NCBI GenBank assembly: GCA_902780135.1
Contig: CACZEK010000003.1
Location: forward strand, 65,560 to 129,559
Direction: 5' to 3'
Origin: an uncultured bacterium
GTDB taxonomy: Bacteria > Verrucomicrobiota > Lentisphaeria > Victivallales > UBA1829
Length of the DNA: 64,000 nucleotides
Position numbers and translations under genes: made by a program. Within the stretch, counting starts at the first letter, position 1, and every line of letters starts with the position of its first letter. The notes below the pieces were generated by a model. The model worked only from the letters and a program-made list of their open reading frames with translations. It was not told the origin of the DNA and did no database searches. Shown piece after piece: positions 45,418-54,049 of this stretch.

Positions 45418-47403
45418 ATGGACGCAACCACCCTGCGCAAAGCCGCCGACACGATCCGCATTTTATCCGCCGAAGCGATTCAGAAGGCAAAATCCGGGCA
45501 TCCCGGCATGCCCATGGGCAACGCCGATTTCGCCATGGTCCTCTGGGCGAAGTATCTCCGCCACAATCCCGCCGACCCGACCTGGATCGGACGCGACCGC
45601 TTCGTGCTGTCCGCCGGACACGGCTCCATGCTGATCTATTCCCTCCTGCACCTCTTCAACTACGGCCTCTCCATGGACGAGCTGAAGAACTTCCGCCAGT
45701 GGGGCAGCCTGACTCCGGGCCATCCCGAGTTCGGCCACACCAAGGGCGTCGACATCACGACCGGCCCGCTGGGAAGCGGTTTCGGCTCCGCGGTCGGCAT
45801 GGCGATCGCCGCCAAGCAGTTCGCGGCGAGAATCGGCCTTGACAAGACGGACATCCAGCAGAGCCGCATCTTCGTGATCAGCGGCGACGGCTGCATGATG
45901 GAAGGCAACACCTCCGAAGCCGCCAGCCTCGCCGGCCACCTCAAGCTCGACAACCTCGTCGTGTTCTACGACGACAACAACATCACCATCGAAGGCAGCA
46001 CCGGCCTCGCGTTCACCGAAAACGTCGCCGCCCGCTACGCCGCCTACGACTGGCGCGTCCTCCGCTGCGACGACGCCAACGACATCGCCAAGGTCGACGC
46101 CGTCCTGGCGGAAGCCGTCAAGTCCGACGGCCGTCCGACCCTCATCATCGGCAAGACCAAGATCGGTTACGGCGCGCCGAACAAGGCGGGCACGCACGGC
46201 TGCCACGGCGAACCCCTCGGAGACGAGGAACTCGCCGCCACGAAGGCGAACCTCGGCTGGACCGAAGAGCCCTTCACCGTTCCGCAGGCAGTCAAGGACA
46301 TGCTCGCGGGCCGCGTGAAAGAGCTCGCCGCCGAAGCCGCCGCCTGGAATGAAAAGTTCGCCGCCTTCGTGAAGTCCGCCGACCAGGCGCTGATCGACAG
46401 CCTCGTCAACCGCACCGTCCCGGAAAACATCCTCGACGAACTCCTCGCCGCCGCTCCGGTCGACAAGCCGGTCGCCTCCCGCGCCTCCAGCGGCACCATC
46501 CTCCAGAAGGCTTCCGCGCTCGTTCCGGCGCTCGTCGGCGGCGCCGCCGACCTGGCTCCCTCCACCAAGACCGCGGTCAAGGGCGCGGGCGACTTCAGCG
46601 CGGAAGACCGCGCGGGCCGCAACCTGCACTTCGGCATCCGCGAGCTCGAAATGGGCATGGCGGGCAACGGCATGGCTCTGTTCGGCACCGCCATTCCGTA
46701 CACCTCCACCTTCGCGGTGTTCTCCGACTACATGAAGCCCGCGATCCGCCTCGCCGCGATCCAGAAGCTCCACGAGCTCTACATCTTCACGCACGATTCC
46801 TTCTACGTCGGCGAAGACGGCCCCACGCACGAGCCGATCGAACAGCTCGCCATGCTCCGCAGCATCCCCGACATGACCGTGTTCCGTCCGGCGGAAGCAC
46901 ACGAAGTCGCGCACTGCTGGGCCGCCGCCCTGAAGAAGCAGGGACCCGTCGCCATGATGATGACCCGTCAGGACCTCCGTCCGTTCGACGCCGCCCTCGC
47001 CGCGAAGATCGACGTGACCCGCGGCGCCTACATCCTCTCCGAGGACGAAGGCTTCGAGGCCGTCATCCTCGCCTCCGGCAGCGAAGTCAACCTGGCGCTC
47101 GACGCCGCCGCGATCCTCCGCTCCGAAGGCCGCAAGGTCCGCATCGTGTCCGTCCCGTCCCTCGAGACCTTCCTCCGTCAGGACGCCGCCTTCCGCGAAA
47201 GCATCCTCCCGAACGCCTGCCGCAAGCGCATCTCCATCGAAGCCGGCACGACCCCGATGTGGTACGCGCTCGTCGGCCTCGACGGCCTCGCGATCGGCCT
47301 GGACCACTTCGGCGCGTCCGCTCCCTACAAGAAGCTGGCGCAGGAATTCGGCTTCACGCCGGAAGCCGTCGCCGACAAGGTCCGCGCCTATCTCCAGGCG
47401 TAA
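45418..47403 (+). CDS. tkt: Transketolase
   Basis: SGHPGMPMG, RDRFVLSAGHGSM, TTGPLG, GDGCMMEG, GIRE, THDS..VGEDGPTHEP. Confidence 0.98.
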   Translation: MDATTLRKAADTIRILSAEAIQKAKSGHPGMPMGNADFAMVLWAKYLRHNPADPTWIGRDRFVLSAGHGSMLIYSLLHLFNYGLSMDELKNFRQWGSLTPGHPEFGHTKGVDITTGPLGSGFGSAVGMAIAAKQFAARIGLDKTDIQQSRIFVISGDGCMMEGNTSEAASLAGHLKLDNLVVFYDDNNITIEGSTGLAFTENVAARYAAYDWRVLRCDDANDIAKVDAVLAEAVKSDGRPTLIIGKTKIGYGAPNKAGTHGCHGEPLGDEELAATKANLGWTEEPFTVPQAVKDMLAGRVKELAAEAAAWNEKFAAFVKSADQALIDSLVNRTVPENILDELLAAAPVDKPVASRASSGTILQKASALVPALVGGAADLAPSTKTAVKGAGDFSAEDRAGRNLHFGIRELEMGMAGNGMALFGTAIPYTSTFAVFSDYMKPAIRLAAIQKLHELYIFTHDSFYVGEDGPTHEPIEQLAMLRSIPDMTVFRPAEAHEVAHCWAAALKKQGPVAMMMTRQDLRPFDAALAAKIDVTRGAYILSEDEGFEAVILASGSEVNLALDAAAILRSEGRKVRIVSVPSLETFLRQDAAFRESILPNACRKRISIEAGTTPMWYALVGLDGLAIGLDHFGASAPYKKLAQEFGFTPEAVADKVRAYLQA

Positions 47404-47612
47404 GCCGTTCCTGTTCGATTTGAACTCATTCCGTGTGCGGGCGCGTCCCGCGCACGGATGTAACACCGCCTGCGGTGCGCGGACGCAATTCGCGCCCCGT
47501 ATCAGCGCCGCTTGCGGTGTCCGCGTAACACTTTGAGCCGTTTCCCCGGCTCTTTTCGCGCGCGGGCGCAGTCCGCACGCGGGACCAAACACATCCATCC
47601 GGGAGTCCGCCT

Positions 47613-48488
47613 GTGGCGACGTTCAAGAAAAAGGTCAATGTTTCGAGGATCGTCCTCTTCGCGGCGATCCCGGTGGTCCTTGCCGCCCTCGTCCTGACCG
47701 GGTTCTTCACGTTCCGCCGCCCGCTGGCGCGCTTCTCCATGGATTTCTATTACCCGTTCTACCAGGCGGCGAAACACGTCGAGCTGGCGGGCGCGCGCCA
47801 GGCGCTCGCGATGCAGCCCCGGCAGAAGCTCGCCTCCGCGGTCGAACAGCTCCAGCGCCAGAACGCCATGCTGGCGGCCCAGGTCCAGCTGCTCCGCGAG
47901 ATGGAGGCGGACAATGAACGCCTCCGCCAGGAGCTCCGCATGCCCCGCTGGTCCGGCTATCATGAGGTCTATGCCGAAGTGATCCTGCGCGACCCCGCCA
48001 CCTGGAGCGAACAGTTCGTGATCTCCAAGGGGCTGGGCGACGGCATCGAGACCGGCGACCTGGTCCTGACGTTCGAGTTCGCGCCCCGCGGCGGCACGCC
48101 GAGCTGCGTGCTTGCCGGACGCATCATCGAGACGTCCGCCCGGACTTCGGTCGTGGCGACCGTCGTCAATCCCGCCTGCCAGCTGAGCGTTTCGCTGGCG
48201 GAATCCGGCGCGAACGGCACGCTGACGGGCAACGGCGCGTCCTCCATGACCGCGCTGGTGTCGCGCCTGCCGCTGAAGAGCAAGTACGGCATCGGCGAAA
48301 TGGTCCTGACGAGCGGGTTCTCCGAACGCACCCCGCGCGGCATCTGCGTCGGATACCTGACCGACGCCCCGGTCGGCGTCAACCGTGCGGCCGTGGTGCA
48401 CGACGGCGGGCTGTACGCCGAGGCGTGGATGAAGCCGGCTGTCTCGCCGGACTCGATCCGTTTCGTGGTGGTCCTGACCGGGAAATGA
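47613..48488 (+). CDS. mreC: Rod shape-determining protein MreC
   Basis: N-terminal TM, coiled coil ENERLRQEL, VILRDP...ISKG...GD, VLTSG......PRGI.VG. Confidence 0.9.
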   Translation: MATFKKKVNVSRIVLFAAIPVVLAALVLTGFFTFRRPLARFSMDFYYPFYQAAKHVELAGARQALAMQPRQKLASAVEQLQRQNAMLAAQVQLLREMEADNERLRQELRMPRWSGYHEVYAEVILRDPATWSEQFVISKGLGDGIETGDLVLTFEFAPRGGTPSCVLAGRIIETSARTSVVATVVNPACQLSVSLAESGANGTLTGNGASSMTALVSRLPLKSKYGIGEMVLTSGFSERTPRGICVGYLTDAPVGVNRAAVVHDGGLYAEAWMKPAVSPDSIRFVVVLTGK

Positions 48489-48504
48489 TCGCGGGGAGGG
48501 GACG

Positions 48505-48987
48505 ATGTACGCTTTCTTCTACTTCACATCCTGCTCCATCCTGCTGCTCGTCGCGGAGACCCTTCTGCGGTCCGCCGGCCTGACGCTTCCCCTGCTCGGG
48601 TTTTTCTTCCCCGCGGCGGCGTTCATCGTCTCGCCCCGGATGGCGCTCGGATTCGCCCTGGTGTTCGGGATCGCCATGGATTTCGTGCTGGGGTACATGA
48701 TGCCGTGGGACGGCATTCTGCTTCCGCTTCTGACGCTTCCGGCGCTCTTCCTGCACGGGAAACGCCCGGCGTCCGACGTGCTTGAGTTCCTGGCCGGGGC
48801 GATGATCCCGCCCGTGCTGGCGCTCCCCCATGTCTGGACCTCGCTCACGACGCCGGACGCGTTCGCCTCCCTGATGATGTCCTGCCTGTGCGGCGCGATC
48901 CTCTTCCCGCTCATGGCCGCCCTGATCTCGCGCTCTGCCGTCCGGCTGAAGATCGGCATTGAGGGCGAAGAAAACGGAGGCGCATGA
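48505..48987 (+). CDS. mreD: MreD-like membrane protein
   Basis: Hydrophobic 160 aa between mreC and mrdA; FGIAMD motif. Confidence 0.7.
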   Translation: MYAFFYFTSCSILLLVAETLLRSAGLTLPLLGFFFPAAAFIVSPRMALGFALVFGIAMDFVLGYMMPWDGILLPLLTLPALFLHGKRPASDVLEFLAGAMIPPVLALPHVWTSLTTPDAFASLMMSCLCGAILFPLMAALISRSAVRLKIGIEGEENGGA

Positions 48988-50795
48988 TGCCGGACGGCGA
49001 CAACCCGCGTTTCGTGATCGATTCCTTCGTGATCCGCGTCTGCATGCTCGCGGTGGTCGCGTTCCTGCTCTTCTCCGTGCTGGTGATCCGCCTCTGGAAC
49101 ATGCAGGTGATCCGTTCGTCCGAGTACGAATACAAGGACCGCAAGCAGAGCGCGCGCCGCATCCGCATCCCCGCCATGCGCGGCGAGATCTTCGGGCGCG
49201 ACGGCACCGCGATCGTGCGGAACCGCCCCTCGTTCAACGTCCTGTTCCACCCCGGCGAAATGACGACGGAGCGTTCGCGCGACCAGGCGAAATACATCAT
49301 GGACAAGGCGGACCAGGTCGCCGCCGTGCTCGGACGATACAATCCCCTCACGCTCGAAAACGTCCGCCGCCACCTCAACTACCAGCCCGGGCTTCCGCTC
49401 ACCGCCTTCAAGGACCTCTCCGACGAGGAACGCGGCCGTCTGGACGAGCTTTTCCCGCCGGTCCGCGGCCTGGAAGTGACCGCCGAGCCGATGCGCGAAT
49501 ATCCGTTCGGCAGCCTCGCCGCCCAGCTGATCGGATACGTCGGCAACGAGGACCCCGGCGCCGCGGACGACCGCCGCGAGTATTTCTATTATCTGCCGAG
49601 CCTGGAGGGGCGCTCCGGGCTGGAGTACCAGTTCAACGACAAGCTGTCCGGCAAGGCGGGCAGCCAGTTCGTGATGGTGAACAGCAACGGATTCGTGCAT
49701 GAACAGCTGGAGGAGCCGACGCCGCCCGAAAATGGCTACGACCTGCGCCTGACCCTGGACATCGACGGCCAGCTCGCCGCCGAACGCGCCCTGCAGGGGC
49801 ACCTCGGCGCGATCGTGGTCCTGAGCGCCAATTCCGGAGCGGTCCGCGTCATGGCGTCCTCGCCGACCTTCCCGCCCGGCGACTTCGTCCCGTCCATTTC
49901 CCGCACCCGCTTCAAGGCGCTGAACGAAGACCCCGGCAAGCCATTCCTGAACCGCGCCGTGCAGGGGTCCTACATGCCCGGCTCCACCATCAAGCCGCTG
50001 ACCGCGCTCGCCGCACTCGAAAACGGCATCCCAGCCTCGAAGACCTACGACTGCGAAGGGCGCACGCCGCACGGATACGGGGAAGGCATCCGCTGCACCG
50101 GCATCCACCGCGACCTGGACATGCGCCGCGCGATCATGAAGTCGTGCAACGTGTATTTCGTGGAGCTCGGCGTGGACACCGGCATCGACGCGCTCAGCCG
50201 CATGTTCGAGTCCGCCGGGATCGGACGCAAGACCGGGATCGAGATCGGCGAACGCGCCGGATACCTGCCGAAGGACGGCCCCCGCTGGAACGAAAACGAG
50301 ACCGCGTACGTCAGCATCGGGCAGGGCAAGGTCGAGGTCACGCCCCTTCAGGCGGCCGTGATCTACGCCGCCATCGCCAACGGCGGGACCCTGTACAGGC
50401 CGTACCTGATCGACCATATCTACGACCACGACCGCCTCTCCGGCACGCGCCTGAGCGTGTTCGACGCCGTCCCCCTCAAGGCCGGCAGGCTCGCCGCCTC
50501 GAAGGAATCCCTGGACGTGATCCGCGAGGGCATGTATCTGGTCGTGCACGATCCCGGCGGGTCCGGCAGGCGCGGCGACATCAAGTCCGCCGAGATTTAC
50601 GCGAAAACCGGCACAGCCAACGTCGGGACCGGCGCGAACGCCACGAAGAACACCTGGTTCAACGGCTTCGTGAAGCATCCGCGCACGGGCGAACTCCTGA
50701 GCTTCGCGGCGGTCGTCGAACACGGCGATTCCGGCGGCGGCACCACCGCGCCCATTGTCGCCGAGATGTTCACGGAATGGTTCTCCCGCGACTGA
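48984..50795 (+). CDS. mrdA: Penicillin-binding protein 2
   Basis: PAMRGEIFGRDG, REYPFG, GRSGLE, PGSTIK (SxxK), SCN (SxN), KTGT. Confidence 0.94.
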   Translation: MMPDGDNPRFVIDSFVIRVCMLAVVAFLLFSVLVIRLWNMQVIRSSEYEYKDRKQSARRIRIPAMRGEIFGRDGTAIVRNRPSFNVLFHPGEMTTERSRDQAKYIMDKADQVAAVLGRYNPLTLENVRRHLNYQPGLPLTAFKDLSDEERGRLDELFPPVRGLEVTAEPMREYPFGSLAAQLIGYVGNEDPGAADDRREYFYYLPSLEGRSGLEYQFNDKLSGKAGSQFVMVNSNGFVHEQLEEPTPPENGYDLRLTLDIDGQLAAERALQGHLGAIVVLSANSGAVRVMASSPTFPPGDFVPSISRTRFKALNEDPGKPFLNRAVQGSYMPGSTIKPLTALAALENGIPASKTYDCEGRTPHGYGEGIRCTGIHRDLDMRRAIMKSCNVYFVELGVDTGIDALSRMFESAGIGRKTGIEIGERAGYLPKDGPRWNENETAYVSIGQGKVEVTPLQAAVIYAAIANGGTLYRPYLIDHIYDHDRLSGTRLSVFDAVPLKAGRLAASKESLDVIREGMYLVVHDPGGSGRRGDIKSAEIYAKTGTANVGTGANATKNTWFNGFVKHPRTGELLSFAAVVEHGDSGGGTTAPIVAEMFTEWFSRD

Positions 50796-50914
50796 TCCCC
50801 GCCGCCATCCGCCAAAAACCGGCCGCCCGATTCGTGTTTTTTCCTTGTTTTTCGCGGGTTCGGGGTGTATATTATTAGAAAGATTTTTTAACCCGACCCG
50901 AGGAGGTGCCGACT

Positions 50915-52042
50915 ATGCTGCCGTTCATTGACCTGAAATACCAATACAGCCTGATCCGCGACGAGATCCACGCGGGAATCGATCGCGTGCTGGAGAGCGG
51001 ACACTACATCCTCGGCGCCGAGATCGCGGAGCTCGAAAAACAGCTCGCCGAGTACGCCGGAGTCAAGCACGCGCTGGCGTGTTCCAGCGGCACGGACGCC
51101 CTGCTGATGGCGCTCATGGCGCTCGGCATCGGGCCCGGCGACGCCGTCTTCACCACCCCGTTCACGTTCTTCGCCACGGTCGAGACGATCGCTCTCGTCG
51201 GCGCGACTCCGGTCTTCGCCGACATCGACGAAGCCACGTACAACATCGACCCGGCGAAGCTCGAGGAGGCCATCCTGAAGGTCGAACGCGAGGGCAAGCT
51301 CAAACCGAAAGCGATCATCCCCGTCGACCTCTTCGGCCTCACCGCCGACTACAAGGCGATCAAGCCGCTCGCCGACGCGCACGGGCTCGCCATCATCGAG
51401 GACGCCTGCCAGGCGTTCGGCGCAGTCGACCCCAGCGGCAAACGCGCCCCCTCGCTCGGCACCATCGGCTGCACGAGCTTCTTCCCCGCCAAGCCGCTCG
51501 GCTGCTACGGCGACGGCGGCGCGGTCTTCACGGACGACGACGACCTGTACGACAAGCTGTACTCCATCCTCGTCCACGGCCGCAGCGCCGAGGACCGTTA
51601 CAACAACGTCCGCCTGGGCCTGAACGCCCGCTGCGACACGATCCAGGCCGCAGTCCTCCTCGCCAAGCTCAAACTCTTCCCCGGCGAAGTCGAAATGCGC
51701 CAGGCCGTCGCCGACCGCTACCGCGCCGGTCTGAAGGACCTCGTCTCCGTCCAGGCAATCCCAGAAGGCTGCGTCTCCGTCTACGCGCAGTTCTGCCCGC
51801 GTTCCCCGAAGTTCGCCGAGATCCAGGCCGCTCTGAAGGCCGCCGACGTCCCGACCGCGCGTTACTACCCGATCCCGATGCACCTGCTCGGCGCGACCGA
51901 ATACCTCGGCTACAAAAAAGGCGACATGCCCGTCTCCGAGGCGTGCGCCGCCGACATCTTCGCCCTGCCGATGCACCCCTACCTCAAGAACGAGGACATC
52001 GACCGCATCTGCGGCGTCATCGCCGACACGGTGAAGGCGTAA
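50915..52042 (+). CDS. DegT/DnrJ/EryC1/StrS family PLP aminotransferase (WbpE-like)
   Basis: SSGTDALL, IEDACQAFG, SFFPAKPLGCYGDGG, GLNARCDTIQAA; AGGAGG RBS. Confidence 0.93.
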   Translation: MLPFIDLKYQYSLIRDEIHAGIDRVLESGHYILGAEIAELEKQLAEYAGVKHALACSSGTDALLMALMALGIGPGDAVFTTPFTFFATVETIALVGATPVFADIDEATYNIDPAKLEEAILKVEREGKLKPKAIIPVDLFGLTADYKAIKPLADAHGLAIIEDACQAFGAVDPSGKRAPSLGTIGCTSFFPAKPLGCYGDGGAVFTDDDDLYDKLYSILVHGRSAEDRYNNVRLGLNARCDTIQAAVLLAKLKLFPGEVEMRQAVADRYRAGLKDLVSVQAIPEGCVSVYAQFCPRSPKFAEIQAALKAADVPTARYYPIPMHLLGATEYLGYKKGDMPVSEACAADIFALPMHPYLKNEDIDRICGVIADTVKA

Positions 52043-52048
52043 GCCGGG

Positions 52049-52363
52049 ATGAAGAAAGTCCGCATCACGGTCAAGAAGATCGTCCGTCACGACGACCTGA
52101 TCGCGCAGTACGAAAACCCGATCGAGCACGCCTGCGACATGAAGCTGGGACAGGTCTTCGTCTGCAACGGCTGGGCGCGCCCGGACGGCTTCTGCGACAG
52201 CGCCTGGGACACCGTTTCCCCGTTCGTCCTCGCGCTCGCGCACGGCGGCGAAAATTTCTACGACGGCTGGATGAAAAACCCGAAATCCGCCATGATCTCC
52301 TGCAACGACGGATTCCGACCCGTCAGCTTCCTCCTCGAAGCCCTGGACGAACCGGCAGACTGA
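52049..52363 (+). CDS. TIGR04076-family protein
   Basis: MKKVRITV...YENPIEHAC...PDGFC.SAW...WMKNPKSAMISCNDGFRPVSFLLE. Confidence 0.85.
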   Translation: MKKVRITVKKIVRHDDLIAQYENPIEHACDMKLGQVFVCNGWARPDGFCDSAWDTVSPFVLALAHGGENFYDGWMKNPKSAMISCNDGFRPVSFLLEALDEPAD

Positions 52364-52369
52364 CCTCTG

Positions 52370-52567
52370 CACTTGGGTAGTGTGCGGCTCCGCTCGCACA
52401 CAGAGTGTGCCGGGTAGTGCTCTGCTACGCGAGAGTACAAGGACAAGTCCTTGACTGCGGCAATGTGCGGCTCCGCTCGCACACAGAGTGTGCCGGGTAG
52501 TGCTCTGCTACGCGAGAGCACAAGGACAAGTCCTTGACTGCGGCAATGTGCGGCTCCGCTCGCACAC
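52370..52567. repeat. 83-nt tandem repeat (about 2.25 copies) built of REP-like hairpin modules A, B and C
   Basis: Unit starts at 52381, 52464 and 52547 (TGTGCGGCTCCGCTCGCACAC...); copies differ at one base. Confidence 0.9.
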
Positions 52568-52724
52568 ACACGAAGTGTGCAGAATAGCGCCGCGCAAACT
52601 CAAAAAAAACGAAAAGTAAGGATTTTATCCGTTTGCCGCTTGCATTTTCCTTTTCGTGGTGTATCTTTCCTAATAATTTGACGAATCCTTCCAACCTTCA
52701 GCAATACACGAAAGGACTAAAATA

Positions 52725-53681
52725 ATGTCGTCACGAATTGTCAGCAGAATGTTCGTTTTTCTCGCCGCGCTCGTCCTGACCGGCGCAATCTTCACCGGGT
52801 GCGGCAAACAGGATGCCGCCGACGCACAAGGCAAGTCCGCTCAAATCGGGAGCAAAACGGAACAGGTGAAAGGCATCGAGGAACTCGAAGCCGGTTACGC
52901 CGCCATAGATGCGGGCATAGACGCCATATACGGGCATGCTCAATACAGGACCGCCATGGATCCTCCGGAGAATGTTCAACCTGAGACCATAGCGGCGGCC
53001 ATAGCGAACGGCGCCTATGGGGAGAACCAATACAAGATCGCCGTGGAGCATTTCAGAAAAAGCGCGGACGAGGGCAACACGGACGCCATGCTGATGCTCT
53101 ATCTCTGCTGCAGGAGAGGCATCGGCGTCAAAAGACAGGAGGAAGGTGAAATTGCGGATCAATATCTGATACCGGCCGCGGAAGCCGGAAACGAGATCGC
53201 AAAGGCGTTCTACGGCCAATATCTGATCCTGAAAATGCAGGAAAAGGAAAAAGGGCTCGAAATGATCAGGGAAGTCGCGGACAGCGGATGCGTGTTTGCG
53301 CAGTATATGCTTGTGATGGCACGGGAGACCTTCCGGAACAGACTTGACAAAAAGGATGTGGAAGGGCTCATGGAACAGTATCTTGAAAAACTGGCATCCC
53401 TCCCCATGACCGACAAAAAGATCGTCCTTGACCATGTACCCGGCTTTATCTATCGGAACGAGGAGTTTTTCGACATTGATCCCAGGACAATCAATATAAA
53501 AGTCCCCACGATTGAGAATAAGATCGTCGTCTGTTCGCAGATATTGCTCGCCTCATACCTTTTTGAAGGGAGAAACGGTTTCCCGCGCGACAGAGAAAAA
53601 GCGAAGAAGTGGATCAGGAAAGCGGGCGAAAACGGGTTCGCCAAGGCGGATGACATCCTGAAAAATATGGAACCTGAATGA
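52725..53681 (+). CDS. Sel1-like repeat lipoprotein
   Basis: Lipobox IFTGC; AVEHFRKSADEGNTDAMLML.....G.GV, F.GRNGFPRDREKAKKWIRKAGENG; more A/T-rich codons than neighbours. Confidence 0.8.
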   Translation: MSSRIVSRMFVFLAALVLTGAIFTGCGKQDAADAQGKSAQIGSKTEQVKGIEELEAGYAAIDAGIDAIYGHAQYRTAMDPPENVQPETIAAAIANGAYGENQYKIAVEHFRKSADEGNTDAMLMLYLCCRRGIGVKRQEEGEIADQYLIPAAEAGNEIAKAFYGQYLILKMQEKEKGLEMIREVADSGCVFAQYMLVMARETFRNRLDKKDVEGLMEQYLEKLASLPMTDKKIVLDHVPGFIYRNEEFFDIDPRTINIKVPTIENKIVVCSQILLASYLFEGRNGFPRDREKAKKWIRKAGENGFAKADDILKNMEPE

Positions 53682-53782
53682 GCTTTGTTTTCAACGGGGA
53701 CTATCCCGTTCGGCGCAATCTGAGGTAAAGGACAAGACCGAAACAGCGTTCAGGCCGTTCCGAGGCGTTTTTTCTTTTCCCT

Positions 53783-53920
53783 TGTCCGGGCGCAGCCGGA
53801 CACACCGCAAGCTGTGCTGAAGCAGTGTTCTGCTACGCGAGAACACGTGGCGTTGCGAAGCAAGCCACAACGTAGTGGAGGCTGTACCTCCCCGGTTGCG
53901 GCATGGCGTCGCGTCATGCG
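53783..53920. repeat. Composite REP-like/multi-hairpin element (modules A and B plus additional hairpins)
   Basis: TGTCCGGGCGCAGCCGGACAC 53783-803; GTGTTCTGCTACGCGAGAACAC 53825-46; GTGGC..GCCAC, GGAGG/CCTCC and GCATGGCG/CGTCATGC stems. Confidence 0.7.
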
Positions 53921-54049
53921 TTTTTAACGTGAAAATAACGTTCAAAAGACGTTTTGTCCTGTTGAAAAACCGTCTTTTTGTGCTATGTTTACAGTGTTTA
54001 CGGATCATCCGTCCTCAATCATCACCATTCATCCATAGGAACCCAGACC

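Noticed and set aside
52370-52567. 83-nt tandem repeat as a CRISPR array
   Set aside because: Whole units are near-identical with no unique spacers, there are only about 2.25 copies, and no cas genes are in the window.
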